Shown: positions 19,733-29,031, counted from the stretch's first letter. The stretch is 64,000 bases of DNA from Candidatus Actinomarina sp. (GCA_045563135.1 JBJKUL010000001.1:14244-78243); one strand, 5' to 3'. Notes: generated by a model not told the origin, from the sequence alone. Numbers and translations are program-made.

Positions 19733-20641
19733 ATGAAAGGTTATTCAGAAGATTTATACATACTAGCTTTTGACCATAGAGGTACTATAACCAAGGGACT
19801 TTTAGGGGTAGAAGGACGTGAACCCACTGAAGAAGAAGCTGGAAAAGTAAATGAGATGAAAAATATCATTTTTGATGGTTTTTTGAAAGCAAAGGAATCT
19901 GGAATAACTGGAGGCGAGCCCGCAATTCTTGTTGATGAAACTTTTGGTCTAGATGTTCAGCAAAAAGCAAAAGATATGGGTATAAAATTTGCTGCTCCTG
20001 TTGAAAAATCAGGTCAAAAAGTTTTTGATTTTGAATATGGAGATCACTTTGGTGAAAAAATTAAAGAAATAGGTGCAGACTTCGTAAAAATTTTAGTTCG
20101 ATGGAACCCAGATGATGACGAAGAAACTAGAGAAATACAAGGTAAAAGAATTAAAGAACTCTCTGACTGGTTATCAGAAAACGATAAGAAATTTCTTTTA
20201 GAGTTTCTTGTACCAGCTACTTCCGAACAGTTGGAATCTGTAGGAAATGATCAGGCTCGATATGATTCAGAAATCAGACCTATGCTAGCTGTAAAAGTTG
20301 TAGAAGAGATGAGAGAAAGAGGAGCAGATCCTGACATTTGGAAGATAGAAGGACTTGATACTGCTGAGGATTGTGAAAAAGTAGCTGCAGCTATTAAAAC
20401 CGGTGATAGAGAAAATGTCATCGCTGTTGTTTTAGGTAGAGGAGCAACAGATGAAAAAGTAAATGAGTGGTTACGAGCTGGATCATCTGTAGAGGGATAT
20501 AAAGGATTTGCAATCGGAAGATCAATTTTCTGGGATGCGCTTAAAGGATTTCACGAAGGTGACAAATCTAGAGAAGAAGCAGTTACTGAAATTGCTGAAT
20601 CTTATTTAGGTTTTCTTTCTGTCTATCAAAACGGGAGTTAA
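19733..20641 (+). CDS. Stand-alone DUF2090 (IolC C-terminal) class I aldolase-like protein
   Basis: LYILAFDHR, WKIEG, VVLGRG and GFAIGRSIF motifs. Confidence 0.85.
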   Translation: MKGYSEDLYILAFDHRGTITKGLLGVEGREPTEEEAGKVNEMKNIIFDGFLKAKESGITGGEPAILVDETFGLDVQQKAKDMGIKFAAPVEKSGQKVFDFEYGDHFGEKIKEIGADFVKILVRWNPDDDEETREIQGKRIKELSDWLSENDKKFLLEFLVPATSEQLESVGNDQARYDSEIRPMLAVKVVEEMRERGADPDIWKIEGLDTAEDCEKVAAAIKTGDRENVIAVVLGRGATDEKVNEWLRAGSSVEGYKGFAIGRSIFWDALKGFHEGDKSREEAVTEIAESYLGFLSVYQNGS

Positions 20642-20644
20642 TTA

Positions 20645-21847
20645 GTGTCAGCAGGAAAAGCTGTAATTGGACAATCAGGTGGGCCTACTGCTGTTATCAA
20701 TAGATCTCTCGTTGGGTTTATTAAAGAAGCTACAAATTCAAATTTTGATGAAATATTAGGAGCTAAACATGGTTTAGCTGGAATGTTAAGCCAAGATTTT
20801 GTAGACCTTTCAAAACTTTCAGAGTCACAGTTATATGGAATAGGAAAAACTCCAGCCGCAGCCCTAGGTTCTGTTAGAAAAAAGCCTACTGATAAAGACA
20901 TAGAACAACTAGTTACTATTTTTGAAAAACAAAACATTAGAAACTTTTTCTACATAGGTGGAAATGATTCTGCTGAAACCGCAAACTTGGTAGCCGAAGG
21001 CGCAAAAAGCATAGGCTACGAAATGAAGGCATTTCACATCCCGAAAACTATTGATAATGATCTTTTAGAAACAGACCACTGTCCAGGTTACGGATCGGCA
21101 GCAAGATTTGTAGCTCATGCCTTTCAAGGAGATGATGCAGACAATAGAAGTCTTAGTGGAATTAAAATTAATGTTTTAATGGGAAGACATGCAGGATGGT
21201 TAACAGCTGCAAGTACATTAGGTAAATCATCAGAAGAGGACGGACCACACTTAGTGTATGTTCCTGAAAAAACTTTTAATATTGAAAGCTTTTTGAAAGA
21301 AGTTAAAGAGGTTTACGATGCACTTGGAAGATGTGTTGTGGCCGTTTCAGAGGGTGTTCATAATGAAAAAGGTGAATACTTTCTTCAAACATATGCAGAT
21401 CAATCTGGTTCAGGTTTAGCTGGAAAGACTGATAGTCACGGCAATATACAACTTTCAGGATCAGGAGCACTCGGTGATACTTTAACAAACATAGTCTCAG
21501 AATATATTGAGGGAGCAAGGGTTAGAGCGGATACTTTTGGATACCTACAAAGATCTTTTATTGCGGATGTTTCTAGTGTTGATGCAGAAGAAGCGGAGAG
21601 AGTTGGACAACATGCTGTTTTAGCATCAAAAGAAGTTCAAAGTGGTTCAATTATTCTTAAAAGGCAATTCTCCGAAAAATATTACTGTGAAGTTGGCACT
21701 ACAGAACTACACAAGGTAGCAAAACATACTAAAGAAATGCCAGCAGAATTTATAGACTCAACGAAACCCTACGTTACAAACGAGTTTTTTGAGTACGCCA
21801 TGCCGCTTACTGGTGGGATAGAACCTAAAACTCAAATCTTTGTATAG
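20645..21847 (+). CDS. pfp: PPi-dependent 6-phosphofructokinase
   Basis: QSGGPT, GGNDS (Asp typical of PPi use), PKTIDND and MGR motifs. Confidence 0.88.
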   Translation: MSAGKAVIGQSGGPTAVINRSLVGFIKEATNSNFDEILGAKHGLAGMLSQDFVDLSKLSESQLYGIGKTPAAALGSVRKKPTDKDIEQLVTIFEKQNIRNFFYIGGNDSAETANLVAEGAKSIGYEMKAFHIPKTIDNDLLETDHCPGYGSAARFVAHAFQGDDADNRSLSGIKINVLMGRHAGWLTAASTLGKSSEEDGPHLVYVPEKTFNIESFLKEVKEVYDALGRCVVAVSEGVHNEKGEYFLQTYADQSGSGLAGKTDSHGNIQLSGSGALGDTLTNIVSEYIEGARVRADTFGYLQRSFIADVSSVDAEEAERVGQHAVLASKEVQSGSIILKRQFSEKYYCEVGTTELHKVAKHTKEMPAEFIDSTKPYVTNEFFEYAMPLTGGIEPKTQIFV

Positions 21848-22279
21848 ATGGCAAAAATAAGCTTAGTAAAACAAGACTTTAAGGCTTTCTGGGAAGCAAC
21901 AGTAAGGTATTACGAACTAGATCCTCAAGGTGTTATGCATAATGCAAACCACGTTGCATTTTTTGACCAAGCAATTACTGCTTATTTTAAACATATAAAC
22001 TATGACTATTTAAAAGATATTGAAGATACAAACAAAGACTTTCACACGGTTCAGGTTTTGGTGCAGTACAACAAACCCCTTTATTTCGACCAAGTAGTAG
22101 AGGTTGGTGCAAAAATTAAAGAGATCGGCAATTCGAGTATGACCTGGATAATGGGAATGTTTTTAAAAGAAACTGGAGAATTGGTAAGTTCCTGTGAGGC
22201 AATTCATGTTTACACTGATCAAAAAACAATGAAACCAACTCCAATAACAGAGGACCTTAAAAAAAAGTTAAAACTATAA
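21848..22279 (+). CDS. Acyl-CoA thioesterase (4HBT/YbgC hot-dog fold)
   Basis: VRYYELDPQGVMHNA motif. Confidence 0.88.
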   Translation: MAKISLVKQDFKAFWEATVRYYELDPQGVMHNANHVAFFDQAITAYFKHINYDYLKDIEDTNKDFHTVQVLVQYNKPLYFDQVVEVGAKIKEIGNSSMTWIMGMFLKETGELVSSCEAIHVYTDQKTMKPTPITEDLKKKLKL

Positions 22280-22344
22280 ATTTATTGAAGAAACTTTCTT
22301 ATTAAATTCTCAGAATTGATGTGTTAAATTAAATGGAGATGGAT

Positions 22345-22830
22345 ATGAAAAAGATATTAATATTTTGCTTATTCTTTAGCTTATGCTCTCCTTCGGCTAA
22401 CGAGGGCATTGTTTCTTTGTCCGACAAAACAACAACAACTCTAATGGTATCCGGGGAAGACTATCCAATAGTTTTAACCCAATGTCTGAATGAAGAACAT
22501 GGCTACAATATAGTAACTCCATTTGATGTTCAAGATTTAAAAACAACTCTCGATCAAATGAGTAATACAAAAGATGAGAGAACACAACTTTTGGAAGATG
22601 TCGATCTTTGCGTAAATAAGTATGATCTCTGGTCAGAATCTCAATCAATTAACCCGGATGAATTAGCAAAATTATATGATGAAAACCTAGAGCTAGCTAA
22701 ATGTCTAAGAGAAAAGGGGTTAAACGTACCCGATCCCAACCAGCAAGAACCAAAGCTTGATTTAAGCAACCTACAGAAGTCAAAAGAAGATATTACTCCA
22801 CTACTGCAAGAATGTGGATTTAGTAAGTAA
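22345..22830 (+). CDS. Lipoprotein with tandem Cys-pair domains (paralog 1)
   Basis: Signal MKKILIFCLFFSLC; LTQCLNEEHGY and LAKCLREKGLNVPDP. Confidence 0.8.
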   Translation: MKKILIFCLFFSLCSPSANEGIVSLSDKTTTTLMVSGEDYPIVLTQCLNEEHGYNIVTPFDVQDLKTTLDQMSNTKDERTQLLEDVDLCVNKYDLWSESQSINPDELAKLYDENLELAKCLREKGLNVPDPNQQEPKLDLSNLQKSKEDITPLLQECGFSK

Positions 22831-22837
22831 TAAGTAT

Positions 22838-24115
22838 TTAAAAACTAACTATAAATTTAGCTCCACCAAGGTCAGATTTATCTACTGTAATATTCCAGTC
22901 ATACTTTAAAACAATATTTTTTACAATACTTAAACCAAGACCCTTACCGCTATCATTTCTTGTTCTTGATTCATCTTCCTGCCAGAAGGGAGAGAATATC
23001 AAATCATAATTTTCTGGGCTGATCCCCACTCCGTCATCCTCAATTATTACTGAGGGAGCTTTCATAACCAATTCCGTGCTTATAGTTATTTTTTTTGATT
23101 TAAATTTTTCTGCATTTCCAATCAAATTGTTAAGCATTAATTTAAGTATTTTTTGGTTTGCAACAACCTTTATTTCAAGATTGTTTTTAAAATCAATATT
23201 CCTGTCCTCAATAGTAGTTTCAATTAATTTATTCAAATTAATTTTTTCATCAGAAACATCATCTTTACTGGAAGTCTCAAGTGTTAATAATGCCTCCAGT
23301 ATGGAGTTGATTTCAAATATATCTTCTTCAACTCCAGCGAGGTTTCTCTTTTCTACACTGCCTTCTTTTTTCAACTTTTCAATTTGTAATTTTAAACTTG
23401 TTAGTGGTGTTTTTAGCTCATGTGATGCATTTGAGATAAACTGCTTCTGACTAATTGAACTGATATGAACTTTCTCAAGAAGAGAATTAAACGTTGAAAT
23501 TAGTCTCCCAAGCTCATCATTACTTTTTACCTCATCAAGTCTTTCCACTTTTGCCAAAGGTTCAAATTGAGATATCTTTTTGATAGACCTACTAACAGGT
23601 CTTAATGCGATTTCTAATGAAATTAAAATCCCAATAACAACAAACAGAGAGGCAAAAATATAACTAATTACAAAAAGTCTCTCTATACCGTCGACTATTA
23701 GTCGAGGAGTAGACTCACTAAAGCCCACAACAATGCTTACTTCTTTGTCTACACTTTCAGTTTTTATAAAATTTAGATCATTTTTATTTTCATCGAATTC
23801 AACTTTTCTAGGATTGAAATCATCAATGAGACGAGGAGGAAAGTAGCTGTACTCTCTTATAAGTTTTCCACTTTGATTATCGTAAATAAATACAAAATAA
23901 TCACCTATGCGTGGTGAGTTTCTCAGATTTAAATTCCTATAGTCTTGTTCTAATTCTTCTACTAATCTCTCTCGCCCATCTTCCAAGGCACTTCTATATC
24001 TAATTTCTGCAATTTGCTCTAAAATATCCGGAGCTACAAAAAAACCACCACCAAGGACAATAAGTGTGATAATTATAATTTTTGTTCTTATTCCAACACT
24101 TTGCATTAATCCCAC
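22838..24115 (-). CDS. Sensor histidine kinase (HAMP-HisKA-HATPase)
   Basis: Two TMs, DELGRL, ASHELKTPL, NLIGNA, EDDGVG and GLGLSIV. Confidence 0.95.
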   Translation of the reverse strand: MGLMQSVGIRTKIIIITLIVLGGGFFVAPDILEQIAEIRYRSALEDGRERLVEELEQDYRNLNLRNSPRIGDYFVFIYDNQSGKLIREYSYFPPRLIDDFNPRKVEFDENKNDLNFIKTESVDKEVSIVVGFSESTPRLIVDGIERLFVISYIFASLFVVIGILISLEIALRPVSRSIKKISQFEPLAKVERLDEVKSNDELGRLISTFNSLLEKVHISSISQKQFISNASHELKTPLTSLKLQIEKLKKEGSVEKRNLAGVEEDIFEINSILEALLTLETSSKDDVSDEKINLNKLIETTIEDRNIDFKNNLEIKVVANQKILKLMLNNLIGNAEKFKSKKITISTELVMKAPSVIIEDDGVGISPENYDLIFSPFWQEDESRTRNDSGKGLGLSIVKNIVLKYDWNITVDKSDLGGAKFIVSF

Positions 24116-24780
24116 CTATACCCAAAACCACGAACAGTGTTTACATGCTGATGTAGATTGAATGGTTTCAATTTTTTTCTTAGGTAACCTATATATACTT
24201 CAACTTTATTATCATCCTCTTCGGTTGGATATAAGATTTCCCAGACTTCCTCTAATAATTCACTTTTAGCAACAATATTTCCAATGTTCCTTAATAAGAA
24301 GGTGAGTAAATCAAACTCCTGTCTTGTTAGTTTAATTTCAACCTCGTTACAGATAACCTTTCTTGCAGATATGTCAATTTTCAAATCCTGAAATTCTAAG
24401 ATATTATTGTGTGGTTCATCATTTTTCAAAAGCTTACGAACTCTCGCAAGAAGCTCAACCATGGAGAAGGGTTTTTTTAAATAATCGTTTGCGCCAGTAT
24501 CAAGACCCTCTTCAACATCATATTCTCCGCTTTTTGCTGTCAGCATTAAAATTGGTGTGACTATTCCAATTTCTCTTACTTTTGCGCAAAGTTTATACCC
24601 GTTCATTTTTGGCATCATTATATCTAGGATTACTAGATCGGGTTGATTTTCGATAATCTTAAAATAACCGTCTTCTCCATCAAAAGATTGTTCTACAACA
24701 TAGCCTTCATCTTGTAGCGAATCTTTAACCAAGTCTGATATTTTCTTATCATCTTCAACTAAAAGTATTTTTTTTACCAC
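24106..24780 (-). CDS. OmpR/PhoB-family response regulator
   Basis: LLVEDD, LDIMMP, KPF and winged helix VEVYIGYLRKKL...TVRGFGY. Confidence 0.96.
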   Translation of the reverse strand: MVKKILLVEDDKKISDLVKDSLQDEGYVVEQSFDGEDGYFKIIENQPDLVILDIMMPKMNGYKLCAKVREIGIVTPILMLTAKSGEYDVEEGLDTGANDYLKKPFSMVELLARVRKLLKNDEPHNNILEFQDLKIDISARKVICNEVEIKLTRQEFDLLTFLLRNIGNIVAKSELLEEVWEILYPTEEDDNKVEVYIGYLRKKLKPFNLHQHVNTVRGFGYRWD

Positions 24781-24832
24781 TAGTTAATAATGACAACATA
24801 AATAAATTTATCAAGTGTTAGGTAATACTCAC

Positions 24833-24854
24833 CACAGAAACTTCACAGGTTTAT
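24833..24854 (+). promoter_or_regulatory. Candidate response-regulator direct-repeat box, copy 1
   Basis: CACAGAAACTT-CACAGGTTTAT in the divergent promoter; 17/22 identical to 29651-29672. Confidence 0.65.
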
Positions 24855-24910
24855 CAGAATATCCTAAGGTTACAGCTGTTACAAAAGAGTATGAAAAAGA
24901 AAGGACGAAT

Positions 24911-25389
24911 ATGAAAAGATTATTATTAGGAGTAGGCGTTTTTGGTCTTGCTCTCGGTGTAGGCATTATGGGTATATCTTATGCCTCAGAAGCTCCTCAA
25001 GTTAGAGAGAATTTTTTTGAAAAAAAGGTTGCAAATGACAAAGCTGACAAACACAATCTTCTAGAAGAGTGTCTTAACAGGATCTTGTCGAAGAGGGTAC
25101 CCTGTCTCAGAATCAGTCTGATAGTGTATTAAGCGCTGTTGAATCAAAAAAAATAACGATAAAAGCGGAAAGACAAGAAATCAAAGATCTAATTAAAGAA
25201 ATGCTTGAAGATGGAGAAATTACCGTAGTAGAACTAGATTCTGTAGCAACGATAGATCAAGAAAAAATAGATCGATTTAAAGAACGCTTTTCAGAGGAGC
25301 TTGAAGACGGGGTAATTTCAGAAGAAGAGTTTAAAGACAACATTAAAAGTCATCACAGAAAAGGACACCATAAGTCGAAAGGCAGGTAA
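24911..25389 (+). pseudogene. Secreted helical protein split by a frameshift near 25075 (pseudogene or assembly error)
   Basis: Signal peptide from ATG 24911. Another frame continues DLVEEGTLSQNQSDSV...KEMLEDGEIT into ORF 25201-25389, which has a His-rich end. Confidence 0.7.
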
Positions 25390-25402
25390 GTAGTTAAGTA
25401 TT

Positions 25403-25432
25403 TGTGTATTGGCCCTAGTCCAATGCACATTT
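25403..25432 (+). terminator. Putative hairpin terminator
   Basis: TGTGTATTGG-loop-CCAATGCACA followed by TTT. Confidence 0.45.
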
Positions 25433-25446
25433 ACTAAAATGTAACC

Positions 25447-25888
25447 ATGAAAAAATTAATACCTGAAACAATCGAAAATAAAATTCCAAGTAACAAATTT
25501 GTCTATTACTTTTGTTGGCTACTGGTTGCGTTCAATTTATTTAGAAGTCTTGAACACATATTTTCTGAAGATGGTGGAGCAGAATCTATTGCAGGTATTC
25601 CACTAAGTAGCTATTCACCAGATGCTGCAAACAACATTGTTTCAATATTTGCACAGTGGGGTTTTTCACAGCTAGTTTTAGCTTGCATTTTGCTTCTGGT
25701 TGTTTTAAAAATTAGAGAACTTATTCCGCTTATGTTGCTAATTATTGCTTTAGAAAACATTATTCAGAGCAGGAATTGGTTTCTATAAGCCTTTAATCAT
25801 AAGTGCAGATCCTCCAGGAGCACTTTCTCCCTTGATAGGTTTAGTGACTTTAATTTTCTTCTTTATTTCGATAAGAGAAAACAATTAA
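25447..25888 (+). pseudogene. Multi-TM membrane protein with frameshift near 25765
   Basis: After ...ALENI a shifted frame reads RAGIGFYKPLIISADPPGALSPLIGLVTLIFFFISIRENN* and ends 4 nt before the next gene. Confidence 0.7.
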
Positions 25889-25892
25889 AATT

Positions 25893-26483
25893 ATGAAAAA
25901 ATATTTAACCATTTTTTTATTACTTATATTTGTTCTTTTCTCGGCGTGTTCATCATCAGATGAATCACAAGGAGTTGTTTCTACAAATGATTTATCAAGC
26001 GATACAACAGTTACAACAATTGCAGAGGAAGTAGTTGAAGAAGTAGTTTCAGTTGAAGATGCACAGCTTTTATTAGCCAGGTGCTTAAGAGGAAATGGAT
26101 ATGACATTAAGGATCCTAAAAATGATGAGAGCCTACAAAGTGTTTTGCAACCAGTGTTTTTAGCTGCTGATCAAAAAGGTAGAGAGGAACTTTTTGAGAC
26201 CATTCAGACATGTGCTGAAGAGAATAACATACCGCTTGGTGGTTCAGCAGAGTTTGAAAATCCAGAGGCTGTTGCAGACTCTTTAGACACTCAGTTAGAG
26301 TTTGCTCAATGTTTACGAGAAAACGGGATAGAGATAGAAGACCCAAGTGCCGAAAGCCCCCTTAGACCTTTACTTGTAGAACTTGTTCAGTCTGGACAAT
26401 ATCTACAGACCCAAATTCAAGAAGCTGCTGGTATATGTTTTGACGATCTTGGAATTGACCCACCACAACAGGGCAGGGGTTAA
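25893..26483 (+). CDS. Lipoprotein with tandem Cys-pair domains (paralog 2)
   Basis: Lipobox FSAC; LARCLRGNGYDIKDP and FAQCLRENGIEIEDP. Confidence 0.88.
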   Translation: MKKYLTIFLLLIFVLFSACSSSDESQGVVSTNDLSSDTTVTTIAEEVVEEVVSVEDAQLLLARCLRGNGYDIKDPKNDESLQSVLQPVFLAADQKGREELFETIQTCAEENNIPLGGSAEFENPEAVADSLDTQLEFAQCLRENGIEIEDPSAESPLRPLLVELVQSGQYLQTQIQEAAGICFDDLGIDPPQQGRG

Positions 26484-26494
26484 AGCTACATATA
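26478..26494 (+). repeat. 17-bp direct repeat, left copy
   Basis: GGTTAAAGCTACATATA, identical to 28167-28183. Confidence 0.9.
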
Positions 26495-28134
26495 TGGTAA
26501 ATAAAGTCGTAAAAGCTGGTCGTATTCCTGCAGTTTTAGTCGGATGGAACATATTTGATGCGCTACTTCATGTTGCGATTGACATGGCAGAGCCACTCCG
26601 AATAACTGGCAACATTATTGCTATTTTTGTTGCGGTTGCGATATTGATAGGTGCTCCCAAAAAACTTTCTTCTAGCCTGTTGCTAGCTGCATTTATTTCA
26701 ATTGTTGCTCTAAACACAGTTCATGTAAGTGAGCATGATTTTGCAATTCCCATGCTCATTTTCATAGGCCTAAGTCTGTACTTGCTTCTCCGCTGGACTC
26801 AAATCTTAAAAATAGAAGATTTGAAAATTAGGGAACCTAAGAAGCAAAATTACTTTCATAAACGATGGTTTGCTGTAGCATTGTCGATTTTTGGAGTGCT
26901 GGTTATATTGGCCGTGGGAGTTATGAACTCGCTGAATATGCAAGATCAGCTATTTGACGGCGCTTTAAAAGAAGCTGATTATTGGAGTGATGAGCCGGTT
27001 ATTTTATCTGCCGGTATGGGTTTTGAGGGGATTATTGGTTGGCCGGAAGTAAATGAAGAAACTGTTCGAGAGGCCGAAGGAACTTGGTATGGTTCAGTAA
27101 TGTGTACAAATGGAGAGGATCCTCCAGCTGGCGCATATACCAGCATAGTAAGCACAGCCGGGGTTGAATTATTCTACAAGGGTACTGCTGAGGACGATGA
27201 CGGGTTGCCAATTGTATTTAGTTGGCCTGTAGCCACAGAAACTGTTGATCTAACCGATTTTCAATTCACACTGAATACAGGCGAGATCGTTTTTCCAAAT
27301 AGCGCTGGAATGTTGCCAAACTGGGAATTAAATGAACGCAATACGGTTGTTGTGTTTGGTGATTTTGGCAATCGGGGTTTCAGTAGCGAGGATGGAGCAA
27401 TTTTCCCTGTAAGGCTAGATATTGTTGAAGACGAAACACCGCTACTACTTATTGGTCCGAACGGCCAAGAATTTAATGCAGTGGGCTTGAGCTGGGAAAC
27501 TGATGCAAGCCCTTATGATTCGGGACCGAAATTGGTCGGGGCTAAACTGAACCATGTCGGTAGTGAGGCAATGGGTGAAGGTGGTTTGGGAGTTGGAGAA
27601 AGATCTGGAGTTTTGCCAAACGACGAACTATCACTGTATGACGAGGCTGACTTTCGCATACGCGTGCTAACAACAGGAGGCTTCTCACCCGATGGTATTA
27701 CTGGTTTGACCCCCACAATGTTTGAGGACTTTTTCCGAATTCACGCCAATGGGTCTAACGGTGAAGTAGTTCTCTTGGAAAAGGTGGGTCAGGAGTATCT
27801 AGTAGCAGGCGGAACACTCAGAATTGTTGGGCTTTCGGATTTGGGGCAAAAAGAAAACCCTGATGAAGGAATCTTTTATGATGATTGTTATGCTGAAGAT
27901 AGGGATAACTACATAGACATAATCCTAGTTGGCGACGAAGCAGCAGCACGAAACATTACCCATGTAGAAATCCCATCACTAGAGGGTGGTTACAGTGCCT
28001 TTTACAATCCTGGTGGTCCTGGCCCAGAACCATTTGAGGGCGTTAGGTATACCGCTCCGGGACCAGCAGATCTGGAGCCTGTCATAAACGCCCTAGATAA
28101 CCCGATGCGAGTTAGTCGCGAAGCCAAGAATTAG
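26494..28134 (+). CDS. Membrane protein (about 5 TMs) fused to a large acidic extracellular domain of unknown function; GC-richer than its flanks
   Basis: Hydrophobic N-terminus, then DGLPIVFSWPV, PNWELNERNT and GGFSPDG segments. ATG 26494 avoids overlap with the upstream gene. Confidence 0.8.
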   Translation: MVNKVVKAGRIPAVLVGWNIFDALLHVAIDMAEPLRITGNIIAIFVAVAILIGAPKKLSSSLLLAAFISIVALNTVHVSEHDFAIPMLIFIGLSLYLLLRWTQILKIEDLKIREPKKQNYFHKRWFAVALSIFGVLVILAVGVMNSLNMQDQLFDGALKEADYWSDEPVILSAGMGFEGIIGWPEVNEETVREAEGTWYGSVMCTNGEDPPAGAYTSIVSTAGVELFYKGTAEDDDGLPIVFSWPVATETVDLTDFQFTLNTGEIVFPNSAGMLPNWELNERNTVVVFGDFGNRGFSSEDGAIFPVRLDIVEDETPLLLIGPNGQEFNAVGLSWETDASPYDSGPKLVGAKLNHVGSEAMGEGGLGVGERSGVLPNDELSLYDEADFRIRVLTTGGFSPDGITGLTPTMFEDFFRIHANGSNGEVVLLEKVGQEYLVAGGTLRIVGLSDLGQKENPDEGIFYDDCYAEDRDNYIDIILVGDEAAARNITHVEIPSLEGGYSAFYNPGGPGPEPFEGVRYTAPGPADLEPVINALDNPMRVSREAKN

Positions 28135-28166
28135 AATGTTTCTAGTCCTTACCTCTACAAGGTAGA

Positions 28167-28183
28167 GGTTAAAGCTACATATA
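28167..28183 (+). repeat. 17-bp direct repeat, right copy, overlapping an 8-bp hairpin
   Basis: GGTTAAAGCTACATATA; hairpin ACCTCTAC-AAG-GTAGAGGT at 28151-28169. Confidence 0.9.
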
Positions 28184-28230
28184 ATTAATAATTTTGGCGG
28201 CAAACTTAGTATAACTTATAAAAAATATTA

Positions 28231-28272
28231 AATGTATACTATATTTTACATAATGTATACTATATTTTACAT
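28231..28272. promoter_or_regulatory. Tandem 21-bp near-palindromic operator pair
   Basis: AATGTATACTATATTTTACAT twice, each with ATGTA...TACAT symmetry, upstream of an Xre-regulator operon. Confidence 0.75.
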
Positions 28273-28308
28273 ATTGAATAAATTACAAAAACATAATTAA
28301 GGAGAATA

Positions 28309-28784
28309 ATGAAAAATAAGTATTTGAAAGAGATCAGATTGAAAGTTATAGGGTTATAAGTATGAACGCAAAACTTATAGGAATCGTAGCAGAGATAGGC
28401 GCAACATCACTAACGATGATTTGGACGTGGAGGAACTTAAGTGGATTCTCAACAATGACTATAAAGTCAATTGCTAAAGTCCTTACACAGGGAATCGGGA
28501 TCGCTATTGGGGCAATTGTTTTGGTCTCAATATTTGTTTCTATTTTTTCAGCAATTCAAAGTGGAGATCATAGTGGTGCAGGTCTTGAAGATGAAAGAGA
28601 TAGAATGTATGAACTATATGCCACACAACTCAGCAGCGGTATATTTGGCTTGGCCCTTGTAACAGTTCTTATTTTAATGGGCTGGTTTAATCTTTCCATC
28701 AACACAGGACTTATTGCTATTGTCTACTCAGGATTTACTGCAGTTGTTGCAAGCGGTTTTTTAAGAATGTATCTTTATAGATAA
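28309..28784 (+). CDS. Four-TM membrane protein with DERD motif (Xre partner); probable 1-nt deletion near 28319
   Basis: A strong AAGGAG RBS precedes ATG 28309. Adding one A gives MKNKVFERDQIESYRVIS, in frame with ORF 28362. Confidence 0.7.
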
Positions 28785-28795
28785 TAAAAATAAAA

Positions 28796-29029
28796 ATGGC
28801 AAAGAAGAAAATTAAAATAGAGAACTCAGTTAGAAAACTTAGGTTTAATAATAATGAGATGACGCAGCAAGAGCTTGCTGATTTGGTTGGCGTTTCCAGG
28901 CAAACAGTAGTTGCTATTGAGAAATACAAGTACACCCCATCTCTAGAATTAGCTTTTAAAATTTCAACAGTGTTTAACAAAGAGATACAAGAAGTTTTTT
29001 ATATTGGTCAACAACAAGATGAACATTAA
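28796..29029 (+). CDS. Xre/Cro-family HTH regulator
   Basis: MTQQELADLVGVSRQTVVAIEKYKYTPSLELAFKI. Confidence 0.95.
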   Translation: MAKKKIKIENSVRKLRFNNNEMTQQELADLVGVSRQTVVAIEKYKYTPSLELAFKISTVFNKEIQEVFYIGQQQDEH

Positions 29030-29031
29030 AT

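Noticed and set aside
26478-28183. Integron attC cassette
   Set aside because: No RYYYAAC...GTTRRRY attC fold, no integrase, and only two copies; kept as a generic direct-repeat insertion.
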